From contig OZ024748.1 in assembly GCA_964016885.1 (NCBI GenBank), forward strand, positions 47,058,001 through 47,122,000: a stretch of 64,000 nucleotides of DNA, given 5' to 3'. The notes beneath the pieces are model-generated. The model had not been told where the DNA came from and did not search any database. It saw only the letters and a list, made by a program, of their open reading frames with translations. Source of the stretch: Eledone cirrhosa. Taxonomy: Eukaryota. Each line of letters begins with the position of its first letter. Position 1 is the stretch's first letter. Positions 56,140-64,000 of the stretch are shown here, in pieces. The position numbers and the translations under genes are program-made.

Positions 56140-58635
56140 ATGCCATCTTAGCCATCACCATCACCAACAATAGCAACAGCAACCCACAATACCATCTTAG
56201 CCATCACCATCACCAACAATAGCAACAACAACCCACAATACCATCTTAGCCATCACCATCACCAACAATAGCAACAGCAACCCACAATACCATCTTAGCC
56301 ATCACCATCACCAACAATAGCAACAGCAACCCACAATACCATCTTAGCCATCACCATCACCAACAATAGCAACAGCAACCGACAATACCATCTTAGCCAT
56401 CACCATCACCAACAATAGCAACAACAACCCACAATACCATCTTAGCCATCACCATCACCAACAATAGCAACAGCAACCCACAATACCATCTTAGCCATCA
56501 CCATCAGCAACAATAGCAACACCAACCCACAATACCATCTTAGCCATCACCATCACCAACAATAGCAACAGCAACCCACGATACCATCTTAGCCATCACC
56601 ATCACCAACAATAGCAAGACCAACCCATAATACCATCTTAGCCATCACCATCACCAACAATAGCAACAGCAACCCACAATACCATCTTAATCATCACCAT
56701 CACCAACAATAGCAACACCAACCCACAATACCATCTTAGCCATCACCATCACCAACAATAGCAACATCAACCCACAATACCATCTTAGCCATCACCATCA
56801 CCAACAATAGCAACAGCAACCGACAATACCATCTTAGCCATCACCATCACCAACAATAGCAACAACAACCGACAATACCATCTTAGCCATCACCATCAGC
56901 AACAATAGCAACAGAAACGCACAATACCATCTTAGCCATCACCATCACCAACAATAGCAACAGCAACCCACAATACCATCTTAGCCATCACCATCAGCAA
57001 CAATAGCAACACCAACCCACAATATCATCTTAGCCATCACCATCAGCAACAATAGCAACACCAACCCACAATACCATCTTAGCCATCACCATCACCAACA
57101 ATAGCAACAGCAACCCACGATACCATCTTAGCCATCACCATCAGCAACAATAGCAACACCAACCCACAATACCATCTTAGCCATCACCGTCAGCAACAAT
57201 AGCAACAGCAACCCACAATACCATCTTAGTCATCACCATCACCAACAATAGCAAGACCAACCCACAATACCATCTTAGCCATCACCATCAGCAACAATAG
57301 CAACACCAACCCACAATACCATCTTAGCCATCACCATCAGCAACAATAGCAACACCAAACCACAATACCATCTTAGCCATCACCATCACCAACAATAGCA
57401 ACAACAACCCACAATACCATCTTAGTCATCACCATCACCAACAATAGCAACACCAACCCACAATACCATCTTAGCCATCACCATCAGCAACAATAGCAAC
57501 AGCAACCCACAATACCATCTTAGTCATCACCATCACCAACAATAGCAACAGCAACCCACAATACCATCTTAGCCATCACCATCACCAACAATAGCAACAG
57601 CAACCCCCAATACCATCTTAGCCATCACCATCACCAACAATAGCAACACCAACCCACAATACCATCTTAGCCATCACCATCACCAACAATAGCAACACCA
57701 ACCCACAATACCATCTTAGCCATCACCATCACCAACAATAGCAACACCAACCCACAATACCATCTTAGCCATCACCATCACCAACAATAGCAACACCAAC
57801 CCACAATACCATCTTAGCCATCACCATCACCAACAATAGCAACACCAACCCACAATACCATCTTAGCCATCACCATCACCAACAATAGCAACACCAACCC
57901 ACAATACCATCTTAGCCATCACCATCACCAACAATAGCAACACCAACCCACAATACCATCTTAGCCATCACCATCACCAACAATTGCAACAGAAACTCAC
58001 AATACCATCTTAGCCATCACCATCACCAACAATAGCAAGACCAACCCACAATACCATCTTAGCCATCACCATCACCAACAATAGCAACAGCAACCCACAA
58101 TACCATCTTAGCTATCACCATCACCAACAATAGCAACAGCAACCCACAATACCATCTTAGCCATCACCATCACCAACAATAGCAACACCAACCCACAATA
58201 CCATCTTAGCCATCACCATCACCAACAATAGCAACACCAATCCACAATACCATCTTAGCCATCACCATCACTAACAATAGCAACACCAACCCACAATACC
58301 ATCTTAGCCATCACCATCACCAACAATAGCAACACCAACCCACAATACCATTTTAGCCATCACCATCACCAACAATAGCAACACCAACCCACAATACCAT
58401 CTTAACCATCACCATCACCAACAATAGCAACACCAACCCACAATACCATCTTAGCCATCACCATCACCAACAATAGCAACACCAACCCACGATACCATCT
58501 TAGCCATCACCATCACCAACAATAGCAACACCAACCCACAATACCATCTTAGCCATCACCATCACCAACAATAGCAACACCAACCCACAATACCATCTTA
58601 GCCATCACCATCACCAACAATAGCAACACCAACCC
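56140..58635. repeat. Minisatellite, 49-bp unit, about 50 copies
   Basis: ACCATCTTAGCCATCACCATCACCAACAATAGCAACASCAACCCACAAT; units start at 56191, 56240 and onward. Confidence 0.97.
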
Positions 58636-58689
58636 CACAAGAATTCAACAACCCTATAAGTATGAAGAAAAATCATCAGCACCAACGTC

Positions 58690-59110
58690 AACAGCACCAC
58701 CACAATCTCAACCACCACCACAACCACCACCATCTTAACCACCACAGTCACCACAACCACAACCATTTCAACCACCTACGTCACCACAAACACCACCATC
58801 ACCACAACCACCACAATCTCAACCACCACCGTCACCACAACCACCACCATTTCAACCACCACCGTCACCACAACCACCACCATCACCACAACCACCACAA
58901 TCTCAACCACCACCGTCACCACAACCACCACCATTTCAACCACCTACTTCACCACAAACACCACCATCACCACAACCACCACAATCTCAACCACCACCGT
59001 CACCACAACCACCACCGTCACCACACGCACCACAATCTCAACCACCACCATTTCAACCACCACCGTCACCACAACCACCACCATCACCACAACCACCACA
59101 ACGACCCTCA
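58690..59110. repeat. (CAC/AAC) higher-order repeat
   Basis: CACAATCTCAACCACCACCGTCACCACAAC units. Confidence 0.85.
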
Positions 59111-59199
59111 CCAATACAACTACCAGTAACACTAGTACTCCTACACACACACACATACATACATACATAAACAAACACATACATACATGCATAAAGAAA

Positions 59200-60945
59200 T
59201 AAACAGATGCATATATACACACATATATAGTTTTTATATATAACCACATATATAATATATAACCACATATATATATACACACATATACAGTATATAATAT
59301 ATAACCACATATATATATACACACATATATAGTATATATATATAACCATACATACACACATAACTATTACATAAAAATATATACATACATAAATAAACAG
59401 ATGAATGTATACACCGGTATATACATATATACACCCATATATACATATATACACACATAACAATTACATAACATTATATACATACATAACAATTACATAA
59501 CATTATATACATACATAAACAGATAGATATATACACCGGTATATGTATATATACACCCATATATACAGATATACACACATGAACAATTACAAAACAATAT
59601 ATACATACATAAACATATAGATATATACACCCGTATATTCATATATACACCATATACACATATATACACACATAACAATTACATAACATTATATACATAC
59701 ATAAACAGATAGATATATACAACGGTATATGTATATATACACGCATATATACATATATACACACATAATTAGATAACAATATATACATACATAAACAGAT
59801 AGATATATACACCGGTATGTGTATATATACACCCATATATACACACATAACAATTACATAACACTATATACATACATAAACAGATAGATATATACACCGG
59901 TATATACATATATACACACATAACAATTAGATAACAATATATACACACACATAAACAGATAGCTATATACACCCGTACATAGATATATACACACATAACA
60001 ATTAGATAACAATATATATATATACAAAAACAGATAGCTATATACACCCATATATACATATATACACACATAACAATTAGATAACAATATATACACACAC
60101 ATAAACATATAGCTATATACACCCGTATATACATATATACACACATAACAATTAGATAACAATATATACATACATAAACAGATAGATATATACCTCCGTA
60201 TATACATATATACACCCGTATGTACACATATATATACACACATAACAATTACATAACAATATATACATACATAAACAGATAGATATATACACCCGTATAT
60301 ACATATATACATATATATACACCACCGTCACTACAACCACCACCATCACCACAACATATATACATATATACACCCGTATGTACATATATATACACACATA
60401 ACAATTACATAACAATATATACATACATAAACAGATAGATATATACACCGGTATATACATATATATATACATGTATATACATATATACATATATATACAC
60501 ACATAACAATTATATAACACTATATACATACATAAACAGATAGATATATACCTCCGTATATACATATATACACCCGTATGTACACATATATATATACACA
60601 CATAACAATTACATAACAATATATACATACATAAAGAATAGATATATACACCCGTATATACATATATATACATATATACATATATATACACACATAACTA
60701 TTAGATAACAATATATACATACATAAACAGATAGATATATGCCCCCGTATATACATATATACACCCATATGTACACATATATACACACATAACAATTACA
60801 CAATAATATATACATACATAAACAGATAGATATATACACCCGTATATACATATATATACATATATATACTTATATACATATATACACACATAACATATAT
60901 ACATATATATACACACATAACAATTATATAACACTATATACTGAT
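59200..60945. repeat. AT-rich minisatellite (about 60-90 bp units)
   Basis: CACACATAACAATTACATAAC..ATAAACAGATAGATATATACACCCGTA repeated. Confidence 0.9.
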
Positions 60946-61674
60946 TACACAACGATGTAATAATAATTTCTTGTGTAGTTGCTGCAGGGTTTTATTACAA
61001 TGACTCTAGGTATTACATCTCTTCAATTGTTGGATTAACAAAATATAGAAAGAAAATGGAAGAAAAAGCAACTGGGATGGGGTTGGGACAGGTTGAAGAA
61101 CCCAAGACAAGAACAAATGAAGAAATTATAACAAACATATCTTGTTAAAATCCTATTGATTAGACTCATTAATATATTTCGGTTATTAGTCACGAAACGA
61201 TGTAATTAAAAAGGCCTCTAGTTGTGACGTTATCGTATCGAATAGAGATCTGATTATGGCCTCCGTGTGTTTCTGTCTTGTAGTAATGTTCTGATCAGCC
61301 GTTCCTTATATTATGTCATAATCGATACAATGGCATATGGATGGAAGGAAGGAAGGAAGGAACGAAGGAAGGAAGGAAGGAAGGAGAGCGTTAGGAGGGA
61401 AGAGAGGAAGGGGGGAAGAAAGAGGTAGGAGGAAAGAGAGGAAGGAGGGGTGAGGAGGGGGAGTGAGGTTGGAGGAAAGATAAGGAAAGAAGAGAAGAAA
61501 GATGGAAGGAAAGAAGCAGGGAAGGGAAGAAAGAAGGAAGAGAGGTAGGAGGAAAGAGAAGACGGGGAGGGGGAGGGGGAAGAGGAAGGGGAGGATGGTA
61601 ATGGTTTACCGCTTATTACTAATGTAGAAAATTAACAGGAATGGTTAGAAGTGGTTTGTAGTAAAAGAAGTCTT

Positions 61675-62416
61675 GCTGGTGGTGGTGGTAGGGGTGGTGG
61701 TGGTGGTGGTGGTAGTGGTGGTGGTGGTGGTGGTGGTAGTGGTGGTAGTGGTGGTGGTGGTTGTGGTGGTAATGGTGGTAGTGGTGGTGGTGATGGTGGT
61801 AATGGTGGTACTGGTGGTGGTGGTGGTGGTAGTGGTGGTGGTAGTGGTGGTAATGGTGGTAATGGTGGTAGTGGTGGTGGTAATGGTGGTAGTGGTGGTG
61901 GTGGTGGTGGTGGTATCGGTGGTGGTGGTGGTAGTGGTGGTGGTGGTGGTAGTGGTAGTGGTGATGGTGATGGTAGTGGTGGTGGTGGTGGTGGTAGTAG
62001 TGCTGGTGGTAGGGGTGGTAGTGGTGATGGTGGTGGTGGTTTTGGTGGTAGTGGTGGCGGTGGTAGTGGTAGTGGTGGTAGTGGTGATAGCGGTGGTGGT
62101 GGTGGTAGTGGTGGTAGTGATGGTAGTGGTGGTAGTGATGGTAGTGGTAGTTTGGGGGGGGGGGGGGAATTGTGGTGGTGGTAGTGGTTGTGGTGGTGGT
62201 GGTGGTAGTGGTGGTGCTGGTGGTAGTGGTTGTGGTGGTAGGGGTAGTGGTGGTCGTGTTGGTGGTGGTTGTGGTAGTGGTGGTGGTGGTGGTGCTAGTG
62301 GTGGTGGTGGTAGTGGTGGTAGTGTTGGTGGTGGTGGTGGTGGTGGCGGTGGTGGTGGTTGTAGTTGTGGTAGTGGTGGTGGTGGTAGTGGTAGTGGTGG
62401 TACTGTTGGTGGTGGT
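61675..62416. repeat. (GGT)n/(GGTAGT) low-complexity tract
   Basis: Direct inspection. Confidence 0.9.
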
Positions 62417-62836
62417 ATGTGTTTATATGTATAAATCCATATGTGTATCTACGCATGCATGTATGAATGCGTATATTTATGCATGCATATATATTTATAT
62501 ATATGCATGTAAACGAACGTAGAATGCAATGGAGCTATCGGGTTAAGTTCATAGAATATTCACTAAAAAGGGCAGAATAACAAAGGTAACATGCTGCTGT
62601 GTGTGTTGATACTATCTGAAGATAGAAGGATATCATATATACATATAAACATGCGGATATATGTGTGTGTGTATGTATGTATGTGTATGTGTGTGTGTAT
62701 ATGTGTATTTACACATCACGCATTGAGTTTTTACTTGAATACTGGTCCACTTGAACTGTTATCACACCTATTAATTGTATACATATACACACATATATAC
62801 GCACACTTATATAATTTAATATACGCAAACACCCCT

Positions 62837-62874
<38 letters not shown>

Positions 62875-62904
62875 AATGTAATCTGAGTTTTTCGAATATT
62901 AATA

Positions 62905-63067
62905 ATAACATTCGATTCGTTTGTAATTATGCAGACAAGCCTTAATTTTATAGCCATGTCTGTTCTGTTCGCATGCCAAGACAAGAGCAAGAAGGAAGGG
63001 TTCATTCTACTGACATGGCTATAAAATTGAGGCTTGTTTGCATAATTGCAAACGAATCGAATGTTAT
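62905..63067. repeat. Inverted repeat with arms of about 56 bp, beside a TA tract
   Basis: ATAACATTCGATTCGTTTG..TTTTATAGCCATGTC versus GACATGGCTATAAAA..CAAACGAATCGAATGTTAT. Confidence 0.75.
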
Positions 63068-64000
63068 CTATATATTAATTTCAACAATGTCAGTATTCCG
63101 TGTGTCATAATTCTCGATTATCATTGGTTTATAGGTTTCAAATGACTCCGCCCACCTCAACGACGCCAAACTTAAATTAATATGCATAATGCCAAATAGA
63201 CATGTGTGTGTGTGTGATGTGTGTGGAAATAAGAGGGGAAGAAAAGCAATAACTATTAACATGTGTGCGTGTGTTTGTACGTGCGCGTATGTTTATGTGT
63301 GCGTGCAGCGTTTTACAGAAACTAAAAACTATCAACATGTCTGAGTGTGTTCGTGTGTGAAAGTGCACTGGAGCGTATGTAAGTTTGCGCGCGTGTGCGC
63401 GTTTCCGTGCGTGTATGCGTGTTTACGCGGCGTTCCACAATCGCCACGCATTTTATCTGTCTGTGTGCCTGTCTGTTAGTCTAATATACACAGAGTTGTG
63501 ATGGGAGTAAATAGGGACCTTTTTTACATTGACAGACGTCTTTTATATTTATTTTTGCGTCATATAATTTGTTGTTTTATTATTATAGCTGACCCTTATA
63601 GATAAGCATGTTATCCATATCCATATTAATGTGGCATTTGTATAAACCATTTCAAGTAAATAGGGATCTTTTTTACATTGACGGACATCATTTATATTAA
63701 TTATCTATATCTATATGTACATATAATATAAAAGATTGGAACTTCCATCATCCTTTTGGGAAACGTGGAACAACCACGTCTATGCAATAATACACGTTTT
63801 ACAGTCAGGCAGAAGATGAACCATCTCCTAGAGGTCACTATTCTAGGTGAGAGCACCTAGAATTGTTCATATACTATGCACAAACGGTACAACGAAGAAT
63901 CTGGTATATCTGGAAGATTTTTTTAACTGTTTTTTGTATCACACAGACACCACGGACTCGCCTCATACTGTAACCAGGCAAACATCCAATACAGTCATTT

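Noticed and set aside
56140-58635. CRISPR-like regular array
   Set aside because: Head-to-tail units without unique spacers, in a eukaryotic context with no cas genes.
58662-62522. His-rich and Gly/Val-rich ORFs
   Set aside because: Trinucleotide low-complexity repeats with no splice or domain support.

Overview
AT-rich, repeat-saturated animal genomic DNA with no recognisable host protein-coding gene. The SINE families and the microsatellite load suggest a coleoid cephalopod such as Octopus (inference). Almost all ORFs in the track are artefacts of (TA)n, (CA)n and (GTT)n repeats. The real content is: tRNA-derived SINEs (Meta-like, plus a V/CORE-like family), two non-autonomous Helitrons, one internally deleted mariner, a nest of R4/Dong-type and L1/Tx1-type LINE fragments in a (TTA)n tract, a CRE-like LINE fragment, decayed Penelope-like (PLE) RT and GIY-YIG remnants, and several minisatellites. 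The main hidden signal is about 20 type I hammerhead ribozyme (HHR) motifs, about 15 of them well formed, read by eye on both strands. They lie in short non-coding elements from many sequence families, most sitting in or beside (TA)n microsatellites. These elements are either fold-back palindromes or partial tandem repeats with 485, 1007 and 1298 nt periods. The HHRs have covarying palindromic helix III sequences; some carry a U3-A8 compensatory core or very large helix II inserts. Together this looks like a diverse PLE-mobilised, retrozyme-like population, possibly producing circular RNA. All structures were assigned by manual base-pairing; no activity is demonstrated.
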